From: the human T2T-CHM13v2.0 reference genome, Homo sapiens
Direction: 5' to 3' (one strand)
Assembly (NCBI RefSeq): GCF_009914755.1
Contig: NC_060930.1
Length of the DNA: 64,000 nt
Part shown: positions 1 to 14,449 of the stretch, one piece after another
Position numbering within the stretch: position 1 is the first letter of the stretch
Layout: the number at the start of each line of letters is the position of its first letter
Made by a program: the position numbers and the translations under genes
Notes under the pieces: generated by a model
The model's database searches: none
What the model saw: only the letters and a program-made list of their open reading frames with translations
What the model was told of the DNA's origin: nothing

Positions 1-2554
1 ACATCCAGTGTAGAATCCATATTAGTGGAATAATATATGGTGTTTATTTTACCACTTCATTTTGCACATACTCACTCATTATTTCAATTATTTTTTTGTA
101 AAGTGTTTTGGGAAGTAAGTCACATTTGTTTTTTCACTTTCACATTTTTCCAAGTCTTTGTACAACAATGGATTAACTTCCATAATTAGATGATTCCTGT
201 AACATTTATGCCGTTTAAAAACCTCACTGTTCATCATGACTCTGAAGAGTAAAAATTTTTCACTTAAAACTTGACAACTGTAAATATCTTTTAGCACTCC
301 AGAGATAATATTGAATTGCCTTTGTTCTTTAAGACACTGATCCAGTATGTTTGTCTTGCATATACAGTTGGTCCTTCTTATCTATGAGTTCTCTATCAGT
401 GGATTCAACCAACTACAGATCAAATGTATTTTAAAAATAAAAAAGGTAGTTATGTCTGCATTGAACATGTACAAACATTTTTTCTTGTCATTATTTTCTA
501 AACACAGTATAACAACTATTTGCACAGTATTTACACTGCATTAGATATTATAAGTAATCTAGGGATGATTTAAAGTATACCAGAGGATGTACATTGGCTA
601 TATGTAAATATTACGCCATTTTATATGGGGACTTGAGCATCCATGGATTTTGGTATCCATAGGGAGTCCTGGAGTGAACACCCCATGGATACCGAGGGAT
701 GACTGTAATACAAGTAAGCACAGCTTCCTTGTACTCTGTGTAGTCTTTGCGACTAAGAAATTCCCAAATAGAGTCTTTCAGCCTAAACACTCATCTTATG
801 TAAGCTGTGTCTGTCTCATTGAAAGCAGTTTACAATTAACGCAACATTTAGTGTTGGTCTAGGCTAGTTGAGATCTCATCATAATCTAACCATTTACAAT
901 TTTTTCATATCTGTTTGTAATTCATCTTTTTGTTTATTGTACATTCACTTTAGTTCTCTGCACATACTATTGGGATCACAATTTTGAAAAAGCTATCATT
1001 TATTTAACAATTTTGAATAAAATTATTGCCTTCTGTAACTGAACATAATGAAAGGAAACATGGTACTTAACAAAATCAAGTATTCATCAAAGTGGAGCTG
1101 CTGCTGACCATCTGGAGTGTTCTATTGAACTTAAAATTTTTCCTTTTTGCTTTCCTTTACCTTCTTTTTTTTTTGTTTTCCTTTTGAAAGTGTTCTAATT
1201 CTCATAAAAACATTTACCTTTTCAGTTGTAATTTTTATTACCTTTTTTTTTGGCTATTTTGATCCTTTTTCTTTATCTCATGACTTTGCCCGTGAAAGAT
1301 TTCAGTTTCCTTGTGATACAACAACAGATGTTTGAGATTTTGAAGCTGCTGCAAGTCTTCTTTCTTCAGAATAGATTTTTAGCTTTTGGTAGGATACTTC
1401 TCTACATTTTATTTAGATTTTGATAATTCCAATAATTTTGGGAAAACATACAAAATTAATCTGAATATAAGGTTCACAAAAGCACAATTCAAATAAATTT
1501 TTAAAATGCTCCTACATTGTATAGGGCTACATAAACTAGTAATCAAATTACTCCTATGATACATACATTGACTTGTTCATGGATAACTGTAGGGATTTTT
1601 ATCATGGGAATATTCTTTTATTCAGGCCATTTTACTACCTTTGGGGCAATTCATGTGCAGTTTTGATGATCAGTTGGTTTTGCTATATCAGTGTCAATAT
1701 TGTATGCTTTTTCATCTGAAACTACTGTTGGGATGAGATGCATTCAGGCTAGTATATGATCTCATATAATGGGATGCGTAAAACTTCACACACAGTCATT
1801 CTAGATGCATGTGGTGCTGCTATAGTTTTGCTCTATAAATATAAGCATTCTTATAAATCCTCTCTTGCATGACTCCTATCAAAAAAGGAAAAAATGTATA
1901 GAGTATTTAAAATGGTGTATTCCAAATTATTTAGTTTGTCCCTGTTAGAACGTCCATTTTGATTAAGCATTGTGGAAAACCAAATCCTCCAATTTTGCAT
2001 ATCTGATAATTGGAAGAAATTTCAGCAGACTAGCTCCAGTTCTACACATCCTAAGCTTTGTTTACCTGAACAACCTGCATAGTTCCAGGGCTAGGTAGAT
2101 ACTGCATGTTCACAGTGAAACATAATCTCTGGACCTATATACTTCATGTTTCATGTTGGATGCATCAGCACCGTGAACAATAGTGGTATTCTTGAAAGTC
2201 ATTCCTATACCTAGACAACTAACAATAAATAACAATGCCAAAAATGACCATGAGCTTTATATGCCCTATGAAGCAAAAAATAAATGCTTTCCCAGATCAA
2301 CTCTCTTTGTTGGTATCACCCCAAACCCATGCTATTCTAAAGCCTCTGACACCCAAGAGCAAGTATGACAAAGAAAGAATTGCAGTGGAAAGAGACAATT
2401 GTCTCAACTAGTGAAATTATCTTACTTTGGTATATTTTACAAAAACATATGATTATGTGAACACATTTCTGGGTTCCTTCTCAGGGCCTTGGAAATGGTC
2501 CATGAAAGTAAAGAGCTCTGAAGTTTAATAAGTTTCACAGTAAATCTGCTTCTA
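1..2554 (-). mobile_element. Decayed hAT-Tip100 DNA transposon (Zaphod-like) with transposase remnant, interrupted by MER2; continues past the left edge of the window
   Basis: Minus strand of 1-35 reads YYSTNMDSTLDV, a hAT DSTxD catalytic-type motif. The 88-297 minus ORF (NPLL..LE...NVTY) resembles the region upstream of that motif. The minus strand from ~2554 (agaagcagatttactgtgaaac...ccaaggccctg...gtgttcacataatcatatgtttttgtaaaat) matches the recalled Zaphod 5' terminus. Confidence 0.75.
365..705 (-). mobile_element. MER2 (TcMar-Tigger non-autonomous DNA transposon)
   Basis: Terminal inverted repeats cagttggtcc... / ...gggatgactg; TA on both sides (363-364, 706-707); body matches recalled MER2 (ggataccaaaatccatggatgctcaagtccc on minus). 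Confidence 0.9.
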
Positions 2555-2733
2555 CAAACCACCAGCAAGATATATCACAGCTAATTGCACTTTATTGATT
2601 ACTCTTGACATATTCCTGCTGATAATATATAACTATCAGAGAATTAATAGTTTACACAATTTAATAATTGTGTCAATTCTTAATTATGTAATTATATGAT
2701 TATGATATAGGTATTAATAATAAATTAATTACA

Positions 2734-2910
2734 ATGGCTCACATATTTATAGCACATATTATGTAGCAGGTATTTCACCAGAGTTGTTTAATCTTCACAT
2801 CAACACTATGAGCCATACTATTATCCGCATTTTAGAGGTTGAGGTAAACAGAGGCACAGAAAGGATATGTGATTTGCTCTAGTTCACACACATTTTAGTA
2901 GAGAATCTAA
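2734..2910 (-). mobile_element. MIR SINE fragment
   Basis: MIR core-like sequence attatccgcattttagaggttgaggtaaacagaggcacagaaagg. Confidence 0.7.
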
Positions 2911-2934
2911 AACAATGCCTATATGGAATTCTAA

Positions 2935-3587
2935 GACAGGCATCCCAAATGCCTCTCTGGCCAGGTAAGTAGGATAAATGAGTGAAGTCCTTGGGTATAA
3001 TCACACCAGGCATTCATTTTGAGCCTGAGGAAACTGGGAAACTCTTAAATTTAAGAACTCAAGACCCAATTAAAGGTCACTACTGTGAGGCAGTGGGTTG
3101 TGGTGCTGCAGAAATACTGGCCCAAATTGTCTGATTTTTCAAGAGAATATAGGAATATGGATTTTTTGGTACATAATCTCCTAATTTAAAAATTTTTAAG
3201 TCAGGTAGTGCGTGGTAGCTCATGCCTGTAATCCTAGCACTTTGGAAGGCCAAGGCAGGCAGATCACTTGAGGCCAGGAGTTTAAGACCAACCCGGCCAA
3301 CATGGTGAAACCATGTCTCTACTAACAATACAAAAAATTAGCTGGGTGTGGTGGTGCCCAGCTACTCAGGAAACTGAGACAGGAGAATCACTTGACCCCG
3401 GGAGGTGGAGGTTGCAGTGAGCTGAGATCGCATCACTTCACTCCAGACTTGGGAACAGAGTGACAGAGAGAGACCCTGTCTCAAAAAACCAACATAAAAT
3501 AAAATAAAATATTTAATTAATTCAAAAAGAAAACAACTGGCAGGTGAAACAAAAGAACTGGTGGTTCTATTTTCCAGCCTCTGCTCT
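2935..3587. mobile_element. MER103-like hAT-Charlie fossil split by an Alu
   Basis: caaatgcc...ggccaggtaag...aaatgagtgaag and tctgatttttcaagagaa...ggatttt motifs resemble recalled MER103C. Confidence 0.55.
3199..3510 (+). mobile_element. Alu (AluS-type)
   Basis: Dimeric Alu with A-rich linker and (taaaa)n tail. Confidence 0.95.
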
Positions 3588-4005
3588 TGGGCCAGGATTG
3601 CTCAGCCACAATCAGATCTTTGAAAAACTGCGAAGTGTAATTTGTATCTTTACACCCTTTTTCCATTCCCATTCAAAGTTTCGTGTTTGTTGTTTTAGCT
3701 GGTAACACATGACCTAGCATTATGTTTGTCCCAGGGCAGGTGTTTAATAATTAATTGTTATTGAATACATGAAATCAGGTTACTAATATTCCCTAAGTCA
3801 GAAGCAGGGCTTGAGCTCTCTAACTGTGTTGCTTTTTTGGAAAAAAGTTAATAATATAACAACATTTATCAGTTTATTGCAGGTAAAATTCGGGTGGTGC
3901 AATCTATCTTTAGAAACATATATATATATATATATATTTTTTTTTCCTCCAGTTGATCCTTGTTGGTCAAGTATCAGATCAACCTAGGAGTAAAAATATA
4001 TAAAG

Positions 4006-4122
4006 AGCTGGGTATGGTGGCTCACGCCTATAATTCCAACACTTTGGAAGGCCGAGGTGGGAGGATTGCTTGAGCCCAAGGGTTCAAGACAGCCTGAGCA
4101 ACACAGTGAGACCCTGTCTCTA

Positions 4123-4158
<36 letters not shown>

Positions 4159-4322
4159 AGACAGGTGTGGTGGCTCACACCCATAGTCCCAGTTACTTGG
4201 GAGGCTCCTGGGATCCTCCTGGGGTCACTTGAGCCCAGGAGGTGGAGGCTGCAGTGAGCCATGATTGTACCACAGCACTCCAGCCTGGGAGGCAGAGTGA
4301 GATCCCGCATCGAAACAAAAAT
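4006..4322 (+). mobile_element. Alu (AluJ-type) with linker expanded to A33
   Basis: J-type ggaggattgcttgagccc; pure A run at 4124-4156 between the two arms. Confidence 0.95.
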
Positions 4323-5890
4323 ACAAACTGTATATATTAAAATAAAAAGTTTACATATATATATGTATATATAAAGAAGGACATAAAATGTGATCAAAGT
4401 CTGTAATTGTCACAAATGTTTCAAGTTCAAAATATTGCTGTCCCACTTTAATCTCAGCTCTACGAAATACGTGATTGCTTTTTAAAAGCACATAGCCAGC
4501 CAATTCAATAGGATCCCAGAACAACCTTTGCCCCAGTTATCTTGCAGCCCAGAAATCAGTGTTGCTAGTAGCAAAGCTCCGAAATATAACTAATATTCAT
4601 GTTGTAGAGAGGTATAAATTACTGTAAGTCTAGTAAATTCATTAATTTGATGATTTCCATTATCTTCATTTTATGTATTTTATTTTTCTTTTAAAGTTTT
4701 CTTTATATGTTTCATACTTCGATGACCAAAGGATATATACTTACATGTCAAATGGCTGAAACTGTTGTTTCCAGGAATTTCAGTAAGATGATTTTACTTT
4801 TATCTGCCTGGTCTGATTTTTCAGCTCATTTGATTTGTGCATATTGCTAAAGTTCATAAATATTGTGCCTAAAGCCAGACTTTCAGATGTGGAGAACAGA
4901 GAAAGGCTCACCAGCTCTCCATCCCAAATCTCTCCTGTGCCCAGTGGCCTCCGTCTCTGCTCCTGTCATCTGCATTTGGGTCTGTTATATTTCTTCAGTT
5001 CAAGCATGTGATTAGGCACTTCTGGAGCTTTGCCAGACAATGCAGGAGTTTCTGCCTTCCAGTGTCTCATCCCCTAAGGCAGAAAACTCAATCTATTTAG
5101 AGAGCTGTTAATTAAGTGAACTACATTTGGCCAGGAATTTATGAGCAGAGAAAATAGGAATGTAAATGATAAGTGTGTCTTTAAAAAAGACTGAGTAAGC
5201 TATATGCAAACTTTAAAAACATAAAGCAACCTAACCAAAAGAATCTCTTTTAAAGGGATTTTCCTCGATTCTAGTTTGGTTTTTTTCCTTAACCAAATTT
5301 GAGAGCACACACTTGCTTTACAGTGATATCAGTCTCATCCCAAATATGCTTGTAAACTTGGGCAAAATGCAGAGAACTGAGAGGAATGTAAATAATGTAT
5401 GTTCTCTCTTCAGGGCTGTTCAAGGAAATGCTGTTTACTTAGAAATAGAATTTTTGAAAGTATGTCTGCCATCTGTAGCCCAGATGATGATGAGTGTGGC
5501 AATGAATTAAACATTTAGAAATAAAATCTAATGGTTGTTTCTGTTTTTAAGGATGAGGCAACTGTAAAACGGCTTCATTACTCTTAATGCACAAAATAGC
5601 TGGAATTTGTTTATGTGCCACGTATCCATAACTTAGAAGATATATAAGGAAAGACATGATGATTGCGGATTTTTTGAGTGTGTCTTGGCACAATTTCTAT
5701 ATAGGTTATCATGCATGAATAATGTGCTAAGACACAGGAACAGTGCCAGAAGTTTGAAAGCATTATCATCATCATCACTTGCTTTTTACAGAGGACTCAT
5801 ACTCTAAGATAGAGTCACCATTTCATGTGTTGCTGCTCACATGCATGAATCTACATCTATCAATTAATTCATCATGAGAATTACCATTTT

Positions 5891-6764
5891 TATCCAGCAT
5901 TTGTAAGGAACTTCAACAAATTTACAAGAAAAAAAAAACATTGAAAAGTGGGCAAAGGACATGAACAGCCAGTTCTCAAAAGAAGACATAGATACAGCCA
6001 ACAACCATATGAAAAAAAGCTCAACATCACTGATCATTAGAGAAATGCAAATCAAAACCACAATGAGATACCATCTCATATGAGTAAGGATGACTATAAA
6101 AAAAGGTAAAAAAATAACAGATGCTGGCACAGTTGTGGAGAAAAGGGAACACTGTATACTCTGTTGGTGGGAGTGTAAATTAGTTCAACCATTGTGAAAG
6201 GCAGTTGGCAATTCCTCAAAGACCTAAGACAGAAATAACATTCGACCCAGCAATCCCATTACTGGATATATACCCAAATGAATATAAATTGTTCTACTAA
6301 AAAGACACATGCCAGGTATGTACATTGCAGCACCATTCACAATAGCAAAGACATGGAATCAGCCTAAATGCCCATCAATGATAGACTGGCTAAATATAGT
6401 GTGGTACATACACACCTTGTAATACTATGCAGCCATAAAAAAGAATGAGATCATGTCCTTTGCAGGGACATGGATGGAGCTGGAGGCCATTATACTTAGC
6501 AAACTAATGCACGAACAGAAAATCAAATACCTCATGTTCTCACTTATACGTGGGAGCTAAATGATGAGAACACATGACACATAGAGGGGAACAACACACA
6601 TTGGGGTCTACAAGAGGGTGGAGGGTGGAGGAGGAAGAGGATTAGGTTTATTACCTGGGTGACAAAATAATCTGTACAACAAACCTTCATGATACAAGTT
6701 TACCTATATAACAAACCTGCACATGTACCCCTGAACTTAAAATAAAAGTTAAAAAAAGAAAGAA
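5891..6764 (+). mobile_element. 5'-truncated L1 3' end (older L1PA, roughly L1PA13-16)
   Basis: ORF2 C-terminus plus 3'UTR (aataatctgtacaacaaac...ctgaacttaaaataaaagtt), A tail, candidate TSD aattaccatt at 5879-5888 and 6765-6774. Confidence 0.92.
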
Positions 6765-7510
6765 AATTACCATTCTGAAATCTATGAAAAGACATGATTC
6801 TGGGCATGATTCTTTACTCAGTGAGATGCAAACAAAACAAAACAAAAAAACCCCATGATCTGATTCCTAAGCACTTCCCATGAAGAGCAGACAGTCGGAA
6901 GCATATATAGAAAAGGGTGATGAAAATATTCAATACATTTATAATATAGCCACAAAATCAAGGCACCATGGAAGTATTTTGGTGTGGTTTAAAAAAACAA
7001 GAGCAAATTTGGTGTTGTATGGTGGGGCAATATTGGTGGAATCATCACCTTTCATCCAAAGTCAAGAGACAATTTTGGAATGAAGTATAATTTCAAAGGT
7101 TTCTGCAATTGAGAAGGTTGAAAAGGAGGCGCACATGACAGAAAATACAGTTAGACAGAAAATGAGGGACAGAAATCAAGTTGGATTGTGGAGGTAGTGA
7201 GGCACAGAAGTGGCCTATGGTACCAAATACAAAATATTTAGTTGAAGCAGGCTATTCACCTGCAACTCAAGATATGTAGTAAGGTTTTAGAGCGTCAAAG
7301 AATGTCCCAACCTTCTTTCTGATCTCACTCCCTTTTCTTACAAACTTCTGTACTTCTCTGCTATTAACCAAAACAACTAGCTGTTTTAATTAAACAGCAC
7401 ATATTTGTGGTGGAGAATGCTGGCAAAGAACTGGTTAAATTGGTCCTGCATGGGATCTAGGCTAGAGGGGGAAGGTTTGGGTACTGAAGGCAGATTGGAA
7501 TAGTCTTATT

Positions 7511-7853
7511 GAGTGGTGTGCTGGAGTCAACTCCTACAGTGTAATAAGAGGAAATGATGAAATTCTCAGGAATTTTTAAGCCAATTGTTACATACATCTA
7601 TTATTTAAAAATATATTAAACTTACAATTAAATTATATACAACAAACGTCATAAATACTGGTATTCCTTCACTTCTTTTTTTGCTACATTTTACTGTTAT
7701 CTGTACTCTTGAGGTAATTTTCTCATATTGTAGCTATCTGATGAAAATACTATTGAATGATGTACTACTGAACATCTCTTTTCAACGCTCGATGACAACA
7801 TGCTGATAGCATGAAATCAGCTATATCAATAAACATTTGCTAGGACATCACTG
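7511..7853 (+). mobile_element. MER63 (hAT-Blackjack MITE)
   Basis: Termini agtggtgtgctgg ... ctaggacatcactg; body matches recalled MER63 (aaattctcaggaattt, cttacaattaaat, actcttgaggt). Confidence 0.8.
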
Positions 7854-8027
7854 GAGCTAGCTACAATGTACCATCTTCAAGAATAGTTCTGCTCTTTACA
7901 TCAGAGTTGATTTTGCAGGCAAAATAAAATCCCACTAAAAAGTAGATGTGAGAAATCTATGAGTATAAAAGAAGTACCCAAGCTAACATTTCTCTCATTT
8001 TGCTGTTGGTGCTTTTTGACTATTCAA

Positions 8028-8135
8028 GCATTCATTCAACATTGTTGAGCATGTTCTACCACCATGCTAGACCCTCTGGGTACAGTGAAGTATACGATGT
8101 GGTACCTGCCCTCTGGGAGCCTATAGCCTAATAGC
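8028..8135 (-). mobile_element. L2 3' end fragment
   Basis: cattcattcaac...gagcatg...cctgccctctgggagcctatagcct, typical L2 tail. Confidence 0.65.
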
Positions 8136-9949
8136 CCACTCCAGGAGTAATGGATGAGCACAATGCAGATTGACACAGGAGGGAAGCACAGGTGCATGGG
8201 AAAACGGAGAAGACAAACTTAAGCGTTGAGGCAGGTGTGAGACTAACACCATAAACAACACGACATTTTGTGCTAGCTAAAATAGGTTGGGGAATCTTAT
8301 AGAAAGAAAGCATTAAAATGTACATGGTCCTTCAACTCTTAACATGCTTTGGAGAAGGATGGGTTATACTCTAGGAGAAAGATTCCCATACCTCTGCAGC
8401 TGGATGAAGTTGAGAGGAACAGGTGGCACCTACCAATGGCAAGACAATGGGAGCCAGGAGGCTTTGCAGTCTGAGGAATGGCCTTACTAGTGAGATGAGC
8501 ATCCTGGTATTGGTAGTTTGCCCATTTCAGTTGGCCACCGTGCAGTTCTTCCTGGGAACAGCTAGATGCTAGGCTATCTGAGGACATCTATTCCTTTTCG
8601 TTCAACCAGACTGAGGGTGTTCGGGCAAAGAGGAAGGAAGTGTATTAAAAAATAAGGAAGCGTAATCTGTGTCTTGAAGTGACCAAAGATGGAAGGAGGA
8701 TCAAGACAAAAGCCATGCCCAGGTAACAACTATCTTGATTTCATGATTAATTCTCATTCAAATAGCTATTTCTGGGATGTTTATAAATAAACTTGAAAGG
8801 TAGAAAAGAAAGGAGATAAGATAGCATAGGGAAAGGATGAGAAACATTGTCACTCAGTTGCTAATAAGATTTTCAGCTGGTGCTTCAGACCAGGCCTGGA
8901 ACTCTGAAATTGTGATTCAATTCTGATCCAACACCTAGACAAATACTTGTAATATCAGGTAACTGAGAAGTAAATTGAAATGACATTATTAGAAATGAGT
9001 GTCTAGGTATAAAAATTTGCATCTCTTTGCTTGAAAGGAGAGAGTTCATCATCTGTATTCATTGCTTTTGAAACTGCTAAATAGAATTCTATATTTCTTC
9101 ATGCTGAATTGAAGCCTGTAGTTATCAAAATTCTGACAAGTTGAGTTATTGGCTATTTTCAGGGACCATGCAAAAAGTTTCCCATTAATAATATTCACTG
9201 TGTACATTGATAGAAGAGAATTATTTATTACAGATGTTATTACAACTTATCCTAAATGCCCTGAAGAAGACTTTTTTGACTTACAGAAAGAAAAAAAAAA
9301 CATTTACAGGGGGGTTGACAGATAACAAAATACCATTGCCTACAATAAATGGGAAAACATAGCAATGCAGTTCTGTGATAATTCAATTAAAATCTACCAC
9401 TCTCTCTTTTTGTTTTTCAGCAAGGTTTATCATGCTTACATCTCAGAAAATATGAGGTAAATCAGAAGACCAGAACTCACATGAAGAAATTTGTTGTAAA
9501 TGCTGATTTATCATGTGGGCTTAAAAGTTTATACTGAGAAAAAATTTTAATAATTTTCTTTATTTCACACTAAAAGTATTATAAACTACCCACCTGAGGT
9601 TACAACAGTGTCTCACATGCCTTTAAGAAAAAAAAAGTTTTTAATTTTCTGATTTTAACTATGAAAGAAATGGCTCAGAGGTAAATATGGATTACCACTG
9701 TGGAGTATGACAAGTTTTATTTGGCAAATAAGAACCTCAGACTTTCTTCTTGTGGTGGAATTGCCTATATAAATAGTTCTCAAACCTTTTCTATATTTTA
9801 ATCAGTGAACTATTTTGATAGGTTCATCATAATTTTAGATACATCCCTTCATACGTGATGCTACACAGATATAATTCATACCCCCACAACACACGAAACA
9901 CACACATATGACCAAGTATGGTGGGGGAAATAATGGTACCTTTAGATGC

Positions 9950-10250
9950 CACTCATCCATGCAGTTGGCATAGATCACATGGCTCCTATGTGCCAAGTAC
10001 TGTGCTAGTCACTGGGATAGACACATGAAAATACCTACCTCCTGTCCTTGGGAAGGTATTACTACTATCTAAAGACATAAAAAAGAAAAATCACAATATA
10101 TTAAGGTAAAAAATCTTGTCAAACAGGTGTGGAGAATAATGCAACAGAATTACCCAGAATCGAAGTATTCACCCTTCCCAGAATGAGAGGAAACTTCACA
10201 GAGAAACTGACAAAGGAACAGGATTTTGCCAGGCAAGGAATAAGGAAAGG
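9950..10250 (-). mobile_element. L2 fragment
   Basis: ctcctatgtgccaagtactgtgctag...cctgtcctt motif. Confidence 0.55.
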
Positions 10251-13200
10251 TCTGGAATTAATAAATTTCAAGTCATTCTAAAAAATAAATACTATAGAAA
10301 CACCATGAGAAATTTTCCTGAATACAGTACACAGACTACGTAAAAGACCTTTCTGAACAAGAAGCTATCCTTGAGACATTATTTTTAAAATGTCTGCCTT
10401 TGAAAAAAGAGATCATTTCTACCATATTTTCTGCAGTTCCTAATTCACTAGCAGAGTTATTCCATTAGTTACTGCATTCTTTTATGTTCCCTCAAATTGT
10501 GCTCTAGGAGTTTTAGGCCAGTGACTTCTTATATTATCTACTTTTTGATGGGATATAGTAACTTTTTCTTACAATTTTGAGAATAAACATTTCAAATTCT
10601 CTACAGATTTTTCTCTCATCAGTACCTGTAGAGACATGTCTTTCATCCAATATATTTTATATTTCACTCATTTCCTGATGCCACTTAGTGTACTCTACAT
10701 GAGAAGTGACTGAACTACTCTTTGGTTCAAGAGCCTCCATTTTGACTTATGTTTCTATAGTATTAAAGTAAAAAGGTGATCCTGGATGAGATAACATCCT
10801 AGAACTTGTTTAAAGACCTTGATAAGAAGAATCAGAAAAGTGTTGAGGCTGAGCTTGGTACAACTCCATCTGAGCTGGACTGTTAATATCCCTTACTTGG
10901 GTGTAATTGTTGATTGATTACCTAAAACCTTGGGAAAGGTACTGTGGCAAAGATGCTGCTATGCATTTACTAATGCACTTCTTCCTGTTGGACTCACAAA
11001 GAGTGTTGGCTTCCCTGGCTCCCCTGGGGTTGGCTGCACCCCTGAGGCTGAGTTCTAGCTATCTGGGTGGAAATGATGTAGGCCATCATACTCCCCTCAA
11101 CCCTCTGAATTTCCTTTTCCTGCCATAGCTGTCCCAGAGGCTATCAGATGGTATATGTACGTAATGCAGTAGGACTACTCAATGTAGATCGGGCTTCACA
11201 TAAATGAGAAACGAATGTTTGTGTTGATTGCTTTTGACCAGTTGGAGTGTTTGTTGCCAGAGCCTAGCCTATTTTCTACTTTCTGGCACAGTTATGTGAT
11301 TGTCTTGTTGGAGTCATAGGGTAAGATCATGGTACGTGAAGATGAAGATGCAGTTTATTCTAAAGGAGCAGGTGATCCCAAAATCAGTCATCCTGGGAAA
11401 TGATCAGGCCTGGAGTAAGAAATAAGGATTTTATAGAAAACTTTTGAGAGAGAACATTTTCCTTCTCTTTGGGGCCAGAGGTCTAAGGCAGGGAGATTTC
11501 TGGAGCATTTCTGACATTGGGATGAATGTAAGGGATGGAGAGTATTTGGGGAGAAAGTCTCCATCTGGGCAGGAGAGAGGGAGGGAGCCAGGAGACAGGC
11601 TTGTGCCTAGCCAACAACTGTAAAGTGTTCTCAGTGTTGCATTTCTCTTCCATTTTCCTCAAATCTTCAATAAAGTCTACTTTGAAGTACAGCTTTGTTT
11701 CTGCTGTGCTGCAGGAAATCAGGGAAAGACTTACCCTTGCTTCTAACACACCAGTAAAGGAGACAGCAGTGTCCCTGTCCCTGGAGGTTACCAGCAAAGA
11801 ACCAGCAGGCCCAGCTGTATGTCAGAGAACAGGGAGTAGGAAGAAGAGTTTACAGGGCAGCACTGTAATTGATTTGGTATCCCTCTTCTCTGCCTGAAAC
11901 AGAAGTAAAACTAAGATGCTGAAGACCAGAAATATTCTATTATTGACGTACCTTTTTGATTTCAGTGCGTTTCGAGCTGCAGTTTCATGGTGCAATTTTC
12001 CACAAAGGTTTCTCAATAGGAAAAATGTCATTCTGTCAGCCTTGTTATCATCAGCTCCTGCACTGGCCCTTAAAACTTCCACCCAGGAGTGATACAAGCG
12101 ACTTCTACTTACCAAAAACAAGTTTCACACATGGGGAAAGGCAAGGCAGAGTTAGGATGTTTGTGTACAGTCTGTTGATTCCTACACACACCACACATTT
12201 CCCATGAAGTCCCTTGAGTCCCTTACTGAAGAGTATGTTGTTTCTATTCAATAAACTATCACCAAATTTAAAATGAACTGAACATGCTATTAGCATTCCT
12301 GACAAGAGAAATTCTGTAAGGAGGGCTTAGTCATAGGTAGGGAAGATGAGGAGAAAGACAAAAGAAGAAGTGAAGAACGGATGATGAGTGACATATAAGA
12401 AGAAAATAATGAAAGAAGAGAAATAAAGGAGAGAGGGAGAAGACTGACTATGAGCATTGCCCATCCTCGCCCTGAATGGCTTTGTTACCACTTTTCTGCT
12501 CCTCTGAGTCCCCAGTGTTGCTCATTTCTCTAGGACCTATTTCACTGAACAAAGAGAAACCTCCAGGAAAGAGGAAGCAGAAGAGTAGAAAGAGGTTAAA
12601 TCACACACATCAATTGGGGCCATCAAAGAAAGGCAACTGCAGGAAAGGAACAAGGATCAATGAGGAGGGAAGGAAAGTGGAACCCACCCATGGAGAGTCT
12701 AAAATTCAAAAACTTCTTAAGCTTGAGAAGATACTGCAGCAACATGAAAAGTGAATTTGTTGTTCCAGCCTTTGAAATATCAGATTTCCCCCCTCACTGC
12801 ATTCTGCCTGATGAAGTTTGCAAAGTTCACAGTCTGAAGATTTTTATGTGTGTCCCAGGGAAGAAGGCAACTGGTTATCCCAGAATAACTACACTGGGGA
12901 CTTTACATCTTGGTTTGTGTGCTGGATGGACTGTATTGAAATGGGGCCAGCAGGTCAAGTCCCTGAGTCTGCCTCTTTCCATCCATCTTTAGACATGCTG
13001 AGTGTCACCCAGCTCCACACAGCCACAGCTTTGGAGGATATGCCAGGCCTGCTGGGTAGAGGTAGCATAACTGTATTCCAGAGAAAACTTACTTTGGCCT
13101 ATGAGAAATCAGTTAAGTTTTTTGGTTTGTTTGTTTGTTTGTTTTAATGTCTTTACAGCTCCACAAGCCAGGTGCTAAATGTATCATTTTAATGTAAGCT

Positions 13201-14449
13201 GAGATGTTTTCAGTAGCACTATGCTAGTGGAAAATAACAGGCATCTCTATTAAATGTCAGACTACTTTTGCATAAAAATTATGAAGTTGTATTTGAACCC
13301 CAGTGCAAGAGAGCTGAGTCATCTACAGTGATGGTGCACGCCAGGGAAAGTAGCAAGCTGCTCTCCAAGGTGCTGCTTAGACCTTGCTATGGCAGTGGTC
13401 GTTACTCATACCATACAGCCTCTATTTATCTTTTTCTTCATGACTTGATTGTGAAACTGTTCAAAATATTTTATAGTTTTCTAAAGAGAGAGCATCAATA
13501 CTTATAGGCAACTTAAAGCACAGCCAATAGCTTAAGTTCCCTCTCAGTGTTCTGGTGAGTATTTCTCCTTCTTCTGAAATGAATACTTCCCTTTTCTTCC
13601 TCAATCTAAAAATACATGATTTCCTCAGAAGCTGTCATATTTTACACACGGCTACCACTAGCTTAATCAATGTGAAAAAATGGCTCAGCTCCATGGGTGC
13701 CCAGCTTGGAAAACCCAGTGTCAGAAAGAGGCAAAGGGAATCCCTTCCTTTGGGAAAATCCCTACTCCATGCTGCATGGTGTGGAGAGCAGACAACGTGC
13801 TTGGTTTCCATCTTCACATGCCCTCCTGCTGGGCATCTTTGAGAAGTGCACAAATTGCACAATTATACATGTCAGCTTTTACATGGTCTTACATGATGTA
13901 TCTCCTTAACTACATTTGATTGGCCCAGTGGTGGCTTCTTACATAAGCCACCCTTTTGTATAATTGTTTCCAACTAGACCAAGAGAGTTGGACCATCTCT
14001 AACTGGTGAAAGCCAAAATGATGAAGATGAATGCATGAGCTACTGGTGACTGAGTTTCCTACAGTTTGAAAAACAGCCATATGTAATGAGAAAAAAATGA
14101 AACCAACATAAACGCAAAAGGAAAAGCAAGAGATCAGAATTTAGTCAGCACTGAAGTTTCTGATTTCAGTTGTACCTGAGACTAGCAACAACCTTGCTCT
14201 TCTAGCAGATGCATGTTTTTGTTGTTTAGCCCTCTCTTGAATTCCATCACAGCAACTTGAGAGTCATGAAAAAATGCAGAGCACTGGAAAAGATAACCAT
14301 GAATTACTGCAGCCAGTGCTTCCCGATGTGGCTCCACCTTGCACAGATGAAACTCGTGAGCAGCTCAATCAGAGAGGGACAACTACAACCCAGGTGTGGC
14401 TTGGGTTAAATGATTAAATGAGAGAGACATGTGCTTGTTAAATGATTAA

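Noticed and set aside
3984-4397. 137-aa ORF, and similar ones at 15526-15939 and 57139-57519
   Set aside because: Standard antisense Alu reading frames (LSPRLECSG-type).
11483-13919. Cluster of overlapping 60-120 aa ORFs in repeat-poor DNA
   Set aside because: No recognisable protein similarity or consistent exon structure; compatible with chance.
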